From an uncultured virus (IMG/VR IMGVR_UViG_3300046010_015841) (lineage: Duplodnaviria; Heunggongvirae; Uroviricota; Caudoviricetes), in the IMG/VR virus record IMGVR_UViG_3300046010_015841: a DNA stretch of 20,000 nt; one strand, given 5' to 3'. Both the position numbers and the translations under genes were made by a program. Of this stretch, positions 9,255-17,579 are shown piece by piece (within the stretch, counting starts at the first letter, position 1; each line of letters opens with the position of its first letter). The notes below the pieces were generated by a model that saw only the letters and a list, made by a program, of their open reading frames with translations, was not told where the DNA came from and made no database searches.

Positions 9255-11069
9255 TTAGAAAGTTACAACTCTACCTTGGATATCCAAGTCAGGGAATCTA
9301 ACCTCAAATATAGATGGATCTAACGAAGGATACAAAATATCATTTCTAATAGCACCCTGTACGTCATAACTGTATGGAGAATAATTACCTCCTGAAAGAT
9401 TTGTAAAGCTAAACTTTACAACTGACTGTACACCTTTAATTTGTAATAAAAGACCAGCAACATCTGATATAATAACTGGCTGGTTAATTTGCCATTTATC
9501 TATATCAAAGTAGTCTTGTAGTGCTAAAATACAATCAGATAATATTTGTTGGTTACTTAACCCTGGAATAACTGTTATATCAAAGTTAATACCTATATTA
9601 ATGTAAAAGGCATCTTTGATAGTAATAGCATCTGTAACCATTCTAAATGGTTGTAAGTATTCCTTTAAATTAGTTTTAAGATCAAGTGTAGCGTTTTCTA
9701 ATTGTTTATTATCATTATAAGCTAAAATATACATTGATAAAGCAAGCGGGTTATTATCAATTAATGGGTCATTACCTGCTTGAACCGATAAAGCGGATGC
9801 TTGTTCTACGTATACTTTAGCAATAGTACCAAATTGGGATGGCATACTTAAAGCACGAGTCATATAATCGTCTTTAGTTACTGATCTCAATTGGGCTGAA
9901 AATGCATTTAATGTATTCAAACGAATTTCTTCTACTGTATCTCCTCCTCTACCACCACTTGAAGGTATTGGATTAGTACAAACTAATGTAGTTAAAGAAG
10001 TATTTGTATTAGCAGGGTTTGTAGCTGTTATACCTGCTGTTGATAATATTTGTATAATATCTCCTGCTGGTAAATTAGACTCAACACCTCCTCCTACTGT
10101 GTATTGAACATATAAACTAATATTAGCAGGTACAGTACCATACTGTTTAGTATAGAACACAGCAGCCTGATTGTAATTATTTACTAGGTCAGATGTATCT
10201 GCTGGTGGTATTAATCCAAGTTGAATTGTATTTGGGTTTGGAATAATAACATCATCAGGATCATTTACATACATTCCTGAACCAAACTGTAATTCTACAA
10301 TATCGTCTGTTTTAATTCTTGTAACATAACGATTTGGTGTTTGTAATAAACTTAATAAATAAGGAACTTTATCAATATTAGCTCCCGTATTAACAGTTTT
10401 ATTAATGATATTAGATTGAGCTAAATAAGGTACTTCATACCATACACTACTATCACTTCCTGTTACTTGTAATACCTGTAAAAAGTTAGGTTCATTTAAT
10501 TCAACTGAAGTGAACTTAACAGGTGCTCCAAAAGTAAAATTTGTACTTTTAATTTCAGCAGAAATTGCTCTTGTAGATTTTTTAAATAGATAATTACTTG
10601 CATTAAACAAACTAATTTCTACAGATCCAGTATCATTAAAATCTACTCTATCAACTGTTAAAAATTTAATACCTGTAGATACAGAAGCAAGTTGTGTATT
10701 TTCTGGGATTGTTAATGCATAGCTTAAATCAGGTTGACCTGCTACAATAGGTACTCTTTGGTAAAAGTCAATTGTAGTAACAGCAGCATAAGATGTTTTA
10801 GGGCGGTATCCTAATGAATAGGCCATGTTTAACAAATTCTGTTTTTCAACAGCCGTTAAAACAAAGTTTTCTTGAATTTGGGTATCAGTATAAAACGATA
10901 ATACATCACCAACATAAGCAGCCATTTCAATAAACATCGTACCAGGGGATGCTTCTGAAAAGTCTGTATAAGTGTTTGGGAAATAATTTTTTGCAAACTC
11001 AATAAGGGAAGCCTTAAATTGAGTAAAATTCTTATTTAAATATGATATGTTTTTATTATTGTTTGCCAT
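9255..11069 (-). CDS. Baseplate wedge subunit (T4 gp6 / baseplate J-like)
   Basis: NFTQFKASLIEFAKNYFPNTYTDFSEASPGTMFIEMAAYVGDVLSFY, LGYRPK, YTVGGG..N, SSGGRGGDTVEEIR, QLRSVTKDDY are characteristic gp6/J motifs; adjacent to a gp25-like gene. Confidence 0.9.
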   Translation of the reverse strand: MANNNKNISYLNKNFTQFKASLIEFAKNYFPNTYTDFSEASPGTMFIEMAAYVGDVLSFYTDTQIQENFVLTAVEKQNLLNMAYSLGYRPKTSYAAVTTIDFYQRVPIVAGQPDLSYALTIPENTQLASVSTGIKFLTVDRVDFNDTGSVEISLFNASNYLFKKSTRAISAEIKSTNFTFGAPVKFTSVELNEPNFLQVLQVTGSDSSVWYEVPYLAQSNIINKTVNTGANIDKVPYLLSLLQTPNRYVTRIKTDDIVELQFGSGMYVNDPDDVIIPNPNTIQLGLIPPADTSDLVNNYNQAAVFYTKQYGTVPANISLYVQYTVGGGVESNLPAGDIIQILSTAGITATNPANTNTSLTTLVCTNPIPSSGGRGGDTVEEIRLNTLNAFSAQLRSVTKDDYMTRALSMPSQFGTIAKVYVEQASALSVQAGNDPLIDNNPLALSMYILAYNDNKQLENATLDLKTNLKEYLQPFRMVTDAITIKDAFYINIGINFDITVIPGLSNQQILSDCILALQDYFDIDKWQINQPVIISDVAGLLLQIKGVQSVVKFSFTNLSGGNYSPYSYDVQGAIRNDILYPSLDPSIFEVRFPDLDIQGRVVTF

Positions 11070-11485
11070 TACTCAAAATTAACTGTTACTGTGTCTGTTT
11101 GTCCTGAAATTAGAATTTGATATATTATTTTAATAACTAAAGAATTACTAACATTATTTGGTTCTTGTGTAAATTCTATATTATTAATTGATATTTCAGG
11201 AATATACACTTGAACACTGTCTCTAATACTATCTTCAATATCGCTAAAAGAGGCTTCAGTCATTGGGTTAAATAACTGAGATCTTAAAGTTGTTCCAAAA
11301 TTAGGATTGTCAATCCTTTCACCTTGGGAGGTTAATATTAGATTAATTAAATTATATTTCAATTGGTCTTTAGTTGAAAAAGTACTATAAAATACACCAG
11401 GAGCGTTAAACGGAAGTCTAACGCCTATTGCTGTGTTTCGCTGTAGATCTCTAGGATCAACTCTAGTACTTCTTACGTAAGCCAT
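11069..11485 (-). CDS. Baseplate wedge / sheath-initiator gp25-like protein (GPW_gp25)
   Basis: QLKYNLINLILTSQGERIDNPNFGTTLRSQLF...YIPEISI matches the gp25 family signature L-T-x-x-G-E-R-x-x-x-P-x-F-G. Confidence 0.92.
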   Translation of the reverse strand: MAYVRSTRVDPRDLQRNTAIGVRLPFNAPGVFYSTFSTKDQLKYNLINLILTSQGERIDNPNFGTTLRSQLFNPMTEASFSDIEDSIRDSVQVYIPEISINNIEFTQEPNNVSNSLVIKIIYQILISGQTDTVTVNFE

Positions 11486-11811
11486 TATTGAACATTTCTA
11501 AAATTACTAACTTCACCTGGATTTTGTCTCATTTCTGCAGCAACTTGAGCCAGCATGTTTTGGTAAACATTTTGTTTTTGAGCTGGTGTAGTTGGTTTGG
11601 CTTGTGGCGCTCCTTGCATTCCCATTTGATCCATCAAACTTTGACGGAAAGCAGCAGGGTTAACATTTTTAGTAGTTAAATTAACTGTAGGCCATTCCTC
11701 AGTAGCAGCTAATGATTCCTGGATTTTTTGTTTGCCGATATTGGCTAGTTCTTCTTTCAAAACTTCCCTAACGGCTTCTTTAATTAGATTTTTTAAGTCT
11801 TGTGTTTTCAT
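11485..11811 (-). CDS. Hypothetical protein, possible internal head protein
   Basis: 108 aa, coupled to gp25 by TAATG; N-terminus has repeated [ILV]-x-E (IKE, VRE, LKE, IQE). Confidence 0.7.
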   Translation of the reverse strand: MKTQDLKNLIKEAVREVLKEELANIGKQKIQESLAATEEWPTVNLTTKNVNPAAFRQSLMDQMGMQGAPQAKPTTPAQKQNVYQNMLAQVAAEMRQNPGEVSNFRNVQ

Positions 11812-11814
11812 ATC

Positions 11815-11823
11815 AATAAATAT
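11815..11823 (-). promoter_or_regulatory. Candidate late promoter ATATTTATT
   Basis: Fills the 11-nt gap between two genes, only 3 nt before the ATG at 11811. Confidence 0.4.
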
Positions 11824-13130
11824 TAAGCTTCGAGATTTCGTTCGTCGATTTGGAGTTTTAAATCTTCAATTAAAACATCAGAATTTAATGTAAATGATGG
11901 TTGTGTACGTAATACGATAAATCCACTTCTATCTAAAGCAACAGCATATCTACGTTTATTTCCATCTACTACAAATTTAGGATCATTTTCTTCATATATT
12001 GCAAAAGTAAATCCTTTATATGAAACATTAGGTACTGCACCTAATTGACCACCACCTTCTAACTGTGCTACTAATGCATTAATTTCATTTGGTGATAAGT
12101 CATTGTCAATTGCTTTATCAATAATATCGCTAATTGGTAATAATCTTGATTTTTGGTATTGTACTTCAATTACTAATCCATTTAATGCTTCTCTAGTAAT
12201 TCCTAACATTACTGTTATAGAATCTAATGTCATTATAGCATCTGTTATTTTTTTAACAGTACCCGGAGTTGCTGGGGTAGGGATTAATAATAGTATTCTA
12301 ACAACTATAGAAATAATTCTTAATATTCTTTCTAAAGTTCTAATTGTATTTCTAATTTTAGTAATTTGACGTTCAGCTTTATTTAATTCAACTAAAGCAG
12401 CATTTCGTACTACCCTTGCTCTTAATACATCCTGTTTAGTTTGAATATTTAAAATTTGTTCGTTTACTCTATCAACTAAATCAGTTAATTGCTGTACTAT
12501 TTTAGCTAATCGCTGAACTTCTCTATTCAATAATTTAGATATGATAAATAGAGCTGCGGCTTTAGCTAATGATCTAATTGCTGAACTATTTTTCTTTGCA
12601 ATTGCTCTAGCATCATTTATTTTAATTTTTTTAACATCTTGTTTAACAATAGTATCACTTTTCCTTTCAGATGCTTCTACTGTTTGTTTTAATTCTCTTT
12701 TCCTAAATATATTTCCTACTCTTCTTGTAAGATCATCTACTTTAGTTTGAACAGCTTCTAAAAATTTAGTAAGTTGTTGAACTTCTTTTTCTGCTTTTTT
12801 CTTTTTTTCCTCTGCAACTTTTAACTTTTTATCGGCTTCATTTGATAAATTTTGTCTTATTTGTTCTGAATTTGCTCCTGGTTGGTTAGCTTGTTGGTTG
12901 AATGTTGCTGGGTCTGGAGCAAGAGTAGCAGCAGCAGCTAAAGCAGCATCAGCAGATAATTGTTTGTTACTTAAAGTACCAGCATATGATTTAGCTTGTA
13001 TAGCAGCTGCTTTAGCTTGTTCATATAGTGCTTTAGCATTTTCATACCTACGTCTTCCCTCTTCGTATAGTTTACGATTTTCCTCTATCTCTTTTTGAGT
13101 ATTTTCTATCCTTTCATCAATAGTAGCCAT
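11823..13130 (-). CDS. Hypothetical long coiled-coil protein with a hydrophobic segment
   Basis: 435 aa, K/E/Q/A-rich helices, hydrophobic ILRIISIVVRILLLIP, small C-terminal globular domain (YKGFTFAI...RRYAVALD). Confidence 0.75.
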   Translation of the reverse strand: MATIDERIENTQKEIEENRKLYEEGRRRYENAKALYEQAKAAAIQAKSYAGTLSNKQLSADAALAAAATLAPDPATFNQQANQPGANSEQIRQNLSNEADKKLKVAEEKKKKAEKEVQQLTKFLEAVQTKVDDLTRRVGNIFRKRELKQTVEASERKSDTIVKQDVKKIKINDARAIAKKNSSAIRSLAKAAALFIISKLLNREVQRLAKIVQQLTDLVDRVNEQILNIQTKQDVLRARVVRNAALVELNKAERQITKIRNTIRTLERILRIISIVVRILLLIPTPATPGTVKKITDAIMTLDSITVMLGITREALNGLVIEVQYQKSRLLPISDIIDKAIDNDLSPNEINALVAQLEGGGQLGAVPNVSYKGFTFAIYEENDPKFVVDGNKRRYAVALDRSGFIVLRTQPSFTLNSDVLIEDLKLQIDERNLEA

Positions 13131-14338
13131 TATAAGGTCTTTACAGTTTTAGAAAGTAAATTATCTTTATTTAACTTTTTAGTATTATTACTAAGATATG
13201 TTTGTAATTTTTCGGCAGCTAAAGCTATATCCATAATAGTTATACCTTCAGGAGTAGCCTTAGCATCAATTATATCAGTGCTAAAATCACTTAATGCCTT
13301 ATATAATCCAGATAAAAGTTGTCTTAAATTATTTCCTAAAACAACAGGTTGAAGTTTATTAAATGAAGTATCTATTGATGGTCCTAAAGCAATAATATTA
13401 TCTTGTATAGTTATTCCTGTTTTATCACTTTGCATATAAACAGGACCTTGAGAATATAATTCAACACCTGTTCTACCAAATACTAATACTTCATCTGATT
13501 TAGAAGAAATAATAGTTCTATCAGCATTTATAATTGCTTGAGGATTTGAATAGGAAGATATACCAATAGGTTCAGTAATATTACTTAAACGTACGTTACC
13601 TATATTTAAAGGAACAATTTGTTGAGATGTTAAGTAAAATGAAGATCCATCTTGGTTAATATTTTCAACGTATAAATCAGAACCTGAAGGTTTAAATCCA
13701 TGTTCATTTGAAAGAATAAGAATAGGATTACTATTTAATTCTCCTGGGTTGGTAGACCATGGTGTTAAATCTTTATCTCCTGATCTATTTGTACTTCCAA
13801 AACGAAGTGAATTTCCAAATCGACCTTCTAAAACATAGTCACCTTCAAATGTTTGTACTCCTCTAAAATCAGAATTTTGTGTAAATGAATTATATAATAA
13901 ATCTTTATTTTCATTAATAAATAATCCGTTAAATTGAGGGCTATTCCATGCATTAATTACACTTAAGTAATAAGTTTCTTCTGTTTTATTTGTAATAGGA
14001 GAAGGTGCTGATGGTAAATCCATCAACAATACTATTTCACCTGGTAATGGGAAATACTTTTGGTTTGGATATAAAGGTAAAGCAGTAGGTAACGTAGCAA
14101 GAGTAGCATCATTCAACTGATCCAAAGGAATTTCAGTTGATTCATCATATATTTGATACAATATAGTTCCTACACCAGCCCAACCACCATTAGCATCCCA
14201 TACTTTTTCAGGGACACTAGTTGGGCCTAATATAACAGCATAAACCTTTCCTGTCTTAAATTGAAAAGGAGGCAAAAAGTTATTATTACCAATAGAGGTA
14301 GTAATAAACGATAGACCTTCTCTTATTCTAGTACTCAT
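13130..14338 (-). CDS. Putative baseplate hub/spike protein (gp5/Vgr OB-fold-like N-terminus)
   Basis: PLYPNQKYFPLPGEIVLL (P-x-x-G-E-x-V OB-fold motif), EGDYVLEGRFGNSLRFG, a beta-strand-rich middle and a QPVVLG..L C-terminal helix; upstream of gp25/gp6. Confidence 0.5.
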   Translation of the reverse strand: MSTRIREGLSFITTSIGNNNFLPPFQFKTGKVYAVILGPTSVPEKVWDANGGWAGVGTILYQIYDESTEIPLDQLNDATLATLPTALPLYPNQKYFPLPGEIVLLMDLPSAPSPITNKTEETYYLSVINAWNSPQFNGLFINENKDLLYNSFTQNSDFRGVQTFEGDYVLEGRFGNSLRFGSTNRSGDKDLTPWSTNPGELNSNPILILSNEHGFKPSGSDLYVENINQDGSSFYLTSQQIVPLNIGNVRLSNITEPIGISSYSNPQAIINADRTIISSKSDEVLVFGRTGVELYSQGPVYMQSDKTGITIQDNIIALGPSIDTSFNKLQPVVLGNNLRQLLSGLYKALSDFSTDIIDAKATPEGITIMDIALAAEKLQTYLSNNTKKLNKDNLLSKTVKTL

Positions 14339-14339
14339 A

Positions 14340-14693
14340 TTAGTTATTTGTAGGTCCGCTAATGTTGTCTCCTACTTCTTTTACAGCAGAAAACAATTGT
14401 TCTTTTTCAGCCTCACTTAAAATATAACTAGCAGCTTCATCACTATTACTAGATAATGCACGCTGAACAATACCTGCTAATTTAACAAGTTGTTCATCAT
14501 TTTTAACACTAATATTAAGGTGCTCAGCAATTAAAGGAACAATCATAAGAGCCGATTGAGCGTCACTGACCAATGGTTTAAGAGTCTCAATTAGGTCTCT
14601 AATTTGCTTTTCTTTATCCTTAGAATTGGTATATATGTCCTTGAGTAAATCAGAAAACTTTTTACTGCCCCACATTACTTGATCAAAATTCAT
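14340..14693 (-). CDS. Helical hypothetical protein (weak resemblance to T4-type small terminase)
   Basis: 117 aa, all-helical pattern, own candidate late promoter; the function is speculative. Confidence 0.6.
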   Translation of the reverse strand: MNFDQVMWGSKKFSDLLKDIYTNSKDKEKQIRDLIETLKPLVSDAQSALMIVPLIAEHLNISVKNDEQLVKLAGIVQRALSSNSDEAASYILSEAEKEQLFSAVKEVGDNISGPTNN

Positions 14694-14708
14694 TGTCTAA
14701 TTTTTGAC

Positions 14709-14717
14709 TATAAATAT
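14709..14717 (-). promoter_or_regulatory. Candidate late promoter ATATTTATA
   Basis: 15 nt upstream of the ATG at 14693, in the gap after the sigma gene. Confidence 0.5.
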
Positions 14718-14732
14718 AGAAGCAGTAAAAGT

Positions 14733-15536
14733 TTATATATTTACATACCCCTGTTCGTAATATGAATTATATAATTGAACATAAACAACCTTTAACTTTT
14801 TAATTATTTTAGTGATTTGGGGTGTTTCAACATCAACCATCTCACGTATATAAATGTAAAGGGCTTTTTTATTGAATATGTCTAATGATTCACATTTACG
14901 AAATAGCTCCATTATAGCATCAGCTGTTTTAGCATCATTTTCTTTAGGGAATAATTTATTAAGATTTTTATCTATATACTTAATATACAATCCCATGAAC
15001 TCTGTAAGGCTATAGTCTTGGCTATAATGCTCATTTAGTGTTTCTTCTTTAATTTTTTTATCATCATCTACTTCGGCCAAGTCACCTTTGTCTTGTAGTT
15101 TTTGATAATTTTTCTTATTTTTAAGGATAAGGTAACGCTTTGCAATAGTACCAAAATATGAATAAGCTTTACCTTTATGTGGTTTATAAAGCTTAAGTTT
15201 TTCAAGTAAAAATGCAATTACTTCCTGCTGCATATCTTCTACGGATTCACCATCCATATAATAAAACTTAAACGTATGAATAATATTTTGGGTTAATTTA
15301 AAAAACCCATACTCAATACGTTCGCGATACACAGTATTTCTAAACTCCTGGTCATCTGAGGCTACATATTCCACAATAGCGTTTTGAGTATCCTCAGTAA
15401 AATAAGTATTAGATGTTTTAGGTTTACGTTTGCGTACTTTTCCAGATTTAGTATACTCGACAGTTACTAAATTATCTTCTACTAGAAGACTATTGGTTTG
15501 GTTGTTGTCCACGCTTTTTATTAATGTTAAAGTCAT
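14733..15536 (-). CDS. Phage sigma factor (gp55-like late sigma, sigma region 2)
   Basis: YFTEDTQNAIVEY...KLTQNIIHTFKF...EDMQQEVIAFLLEKLKLYKPHKGKAYSYFGTIAKRYLI resembles sigma regions 2.1-2.4. The true start may be GTG at 15512 (A-rich leader, less overlap). Confidence 0.75.
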   Translation of the reverse strand: MTLTLIKSVDNNQTNSLLVEDNLVTVEYTKSGKVRKRKPKTSNTYFTEDTQNAIVEYVASDDQEFRNTVYRERIEYGFFKLTQNIIHTFKFYYMDGESVEDMQQEVIAFLLEKLKLYKPHKGKAYSYFGTIAKRYLILKNKKNYQKLQDKGDLAEVDDDKKIKEETLNEHYSQDYSLTEFMGLYIKYIDKNLNKLFPKENDAKTADAIMELFRKCESLDIFNKKALYIYIREMVDVETPQITKIIKKLKVVYVQLYNSYYEQGYVNI

Positions 15537-15798
15537 TTAATTCGCTTTGTAATGTTTTTACACTCTCAAAGAACCAACCAATTTCATCATCAGAATGAAA
15601 CGTACCTTTAGCATCTATATCTTCCAAACGTCTATTAGTATTATTTACAGCATTAGAAAAAAGGGCAATATATTGATCTTGTGAATCAACAATTTTTTCC
15701 AACTTTTCTACTTTTTTAAATAAATTATAAGACACATATCCCGAAATAGAAGCCAAAGCCGATAAAATAATAATTGTTATAATCATAATTAGTTCCAT
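15490..15798 (-). CDS. Membrane-anchored coiled-coil hypothetical protein
   Basis: N-terminal TM helix (IMIITIIILSALASISGYV) followed by a coiled coil and DDEIGWFF. Confidence 0.7.
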   Translation of the reverse strand: MELIMIITIIILSALASISGYVSYNLFKKVEKLEKIVDSQDQYIALFSNAVNNTNRRLEDIDAKGTFHSDDEIGWFFESVKTLQSELNDFNINKKRGQQPNQ

Positions 15799-15971
15799 TC
15801 ATCGTTTTCAATAGAAATATTATCCTGCAACTGTTGAAGTAACGTTTTAATCATTTCTAATCTAGCATTAACTTGTTGAAGTGAACCTCCACGATTCAAA
15901 TCAATTTCTAATGCACGTAATTGATGTTCAAGTTTTTCGATTTTTGAAAGTGCTTGTTGTTTATATTTCAT
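15789..15971 (-). CDS. Small coiled-coil hypothetical protein
   Basis: Start moved to ATG 15971 (MKYKQQ...) because the track start overlaps the predicted promoter. Confidence 0.6.
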   Translation of the reverse strand: MKYKQQALSKIEKLEHQLRALEIDLNRGGSLQQVNARLEMIKTLLQQLQDNISIENDEWN

Positions 15972-15993
15972 AAAATATTTTTTAAGTATTATC

Positions 15994-16024
15994 ACAATAT
16001 ACGACCTTTATTTTCAATAACCAA
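15994..16024 (-). promoter_or_regulatory. Bacteroidota-type -33/-7 promoter
   Basis: Minus strand reads TTG-N20-TATATTGT, close to the TTTG-N19-21-TAnnTTTG consensus. Confidence 0.5.
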
Positions 16025-16099
16025 GTTTTCAACGCCCTATTTTTAGAGCGATTTTACCCTTACTCCTCAATAAATACGTATATACACGCATTTTAACAA

Positions 16100-16135
16100 G
16101 AAAGATAGCCTAAAAGGTTTTTACACACTTTAGAC
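16100..16135 (-). terminator. Possible weak intrinsic terminator
   Basis: Minus strand GTCTAAAG...TTTTAGGC stem with GU pairs directly after the stop of 16136-16402, followed by TATCTTTC. Confidence 0.3.
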
Positions 16136-16402
16136 TTAACGACGAGACGCCTCAACCATTTGTTTGAGGTTAATTTTCTTAATTGGATACGAAAAAGTCT
16201 TCTTATCAATCAACTTATCAAGCAATTGTATCTCAATTGGATTATCAGTTATAAAGATACATTTATCATCAGCACCATCACCAGGAATATCAATAAAATT
16301 TTGAGTATTAAGCTTAGTACCAGGTTTAACCTGACCAAGAAAATCATTCATTTTGTTAGTGAAGGCTGCTTTATCGCGATCGCGCATTAAATATTCTGCC
16401 AT
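16136..16402 (-). CDS. Hypothetical protein
   Basis: 88 aa, same strand as neighbours, preceded by a candidate late promoter. Confidence 0.7.
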   Translation of the reverse strand: MAEYLMRDRDKAAFTNKMNDFLGQVKPGTKLNTQNFIDIPGDGADDKCIFITDNPIEIQLLDKLIDKKTFSYPIKKINLKQMVEASRR

Positions 16403-16427
16403 GATATAATTTTGAGTATATACTGGA

Positions 16428-16436
16428 TATAAATAT
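16428..16436 (-). promoter_or_regulatory. Candidate late promoter ATATTTATA
   Basis: Intergenic, 25 nt upstream of the ATG at 16402. Confidence 0.45.
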
Positions 16437-16447
16437 ATGAAAGGACT

Positions 16448-16639
16448 TTAGGTACCGTGCTTTTTGGATTTGCGCTTATGTTTATCCAATTCAAACTTAT
16501 AATAACGAATATTATTACCCTTAGCAGAGAAAAATTCCTTAATTTCCGGCTTACCATAATTAGTCTCAATATTCATAACCAACTCGGGACTAATAGTATG
16601 GATATAATCAACAGTAAATTGAGAATAAATAAGAATCAT
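16448..16639 (-). CDS. Hypothetical protein
   Basis: 63 aa; the ATG directly follows the TAG of the upstream gene. Confidence 0.55.
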   Translation of the reverse strand: MILIYSQFTVDYIHTISPELVMNIETNYGKPEIKEFFSAKGNNIRYYKFELDKHKRKSKKHGT

Positions 16640-17110
16640 CTAAATACCAGCATTGTTTTCACCAATAATACGAATAATAACATCCTCAGCCATCTTGGGA
16701 GTAACGGCAAACCCCTCCTTATTAACGTGATACTCCCACAATTGTGTATGGACCATACCCTCAATATGCGATGGGGCCTTACAAGCAAATGAATTAATAA
16801 TATACCACGGGGTAATAACACCCGTACCACCATTAATTTCTTTTAAACGCGATTGGGGTGTACGATCCGTATATCCAATTTTTAATATACCTGGTTGTCC
16901 TTTATTTTCCAACACGTATATATAACCTTCATTAAATGATAATTGGGCATCAAAACTGTGTCGCTTAATCCAATAATGAACAAGTTCAAATTCTGGATCA
17001 TGTGGATCTGGTGTAAGTGTATAGGCATTGGCATATACAACGGATTCACCTTCATTTTTAGGGTAATACTCGCGTTTAGCCTCCTCCATTGTGATAAGCT
17101 TTATCATCAT
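16640..17110 (-). CDS. T5orf172 / GIY-YIG-like domain protein
   Basis: GYIYVLEN...GILKIGYTDRTPQSRLKEINGGTGV..PW...IEGMVH..L...E.F is the T5orf172/MUG113 signature. Confidence 0.85.
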   Translation of the reverse strand: MMIKLITMEEAKREYYPKNEGESVVYANAYTLTPDPHDPEFELVHYWIKRHSFDAQLSFNEGYIYVLENKGQPGILKIGYTDRTPQSRLKEINGGTGVITPWYIINSFACKAPSHIEGMVHTQLWEYHVNKEGFAVTPKMAEDVIIRIIGENNAGI

Positions 17111-17325
17111 AAGATAATACCTTTAACTACTACGTGCGTAGATGGGTTTAAAACAAATTTAGCATCTTCATGTGGACCATAATACCAAGCTTCATTTACA
17201 TTCAAGGCAATTTCTTTTTCCTCACCTATAACAACATCACAATATCCACCTTCGTATCCATTAGTGAATACATGTAAATCGGGATCTAGCTGTTGTAATT
17301 GTTGGATTAATTCTTTAATGGTCAT
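17107..17325 (-). CDS. Small phage hypothetical protein
   Basis: MTIKELIQQLQQLDPDLHV..GYEGG is a common phage small-protein pattern; ATGA overlaps at both ends. Confidence 0.75.
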   Translation of the reverse strand: MTIKELIQQLQQLDPDLHVFTNGYEGGYCDVVIGEEKEIALNVNEAWYYGPHEDAKFVLNPSTHVVVKGIIL

Positions 17326-17519
17326 TTTCTAAATTTAGAGATGAAAAAATCAAAACAAAATAACCAATCAAACATGATTGCTCGTGGAATACTAGAAACA
17401 TACAAATCAAATGTAAGTGGTTGTTCAAAAACCTCTGCCTTAATAGATGCATAACGAAATGCTCCTAATGTTGAGGCAATTAAAACATAAACTAAAAGTA
17501 CTAATTTTAATGTTTCCAT
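17322..17519 (-). CDS. Small membrane protein
   Basis: Likely start at ATG 17519 (METLKLVLLVYVLIASTLGAF) after the leader AAATTAAAAATC; the upstream ATG overlaps the promoter. Confidence 0.65.
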   Translation of the reverse strand: METLKLVLLVYVLIASTLGAFRYASIKAEVFEQPLTFDLYVSSIPRAIMFDWLFCFDFFISKFRK

Positions 17520-17536
17520 GATTTTTAATTTAGACA

Positions 17537-17567
17537 TTAATTTACGTATATACGCTTGGTTTCCAAA
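17537..17567 (-). promoter_or_regulatory. Early-type promoter (degenerate AAC-box class)
   Basis: TTTG-GA-AACCAAGCG-TATATACG-TAAATTAA, 19-nt spacer. Confidence 0.55.
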
Positions 17568-17579
17568 AAAAGATTGTCA

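Noticed and set aside
3196..14338. Chromosomal contractile injection system, tailocin or T6SS
   Set aside because: The linked phage sigma factor, T5orf172 gene and early cassette array, with no host housekeeping genes, fit a lytic phage better.
16448..17110. TAG at 16640-16642 followed in frame by ATG, suggesting amber recoding and a fused gene
   Set aside because: All long structural ORFs are intact under the standard code, the T5orf172 domain is complete before the TAG, and no suppressor tRNA is visible.
3050..17182. Short plus-strand track ORFs (3050, 7944, 11488, 12103, 12541, 12898, 13095, 16160, 16387, 16457, 16943) and minus-strand 16636-16833
   Set aside because: Antisense or alternate-frame shadows of well-supported genes, without leaders or promoters.
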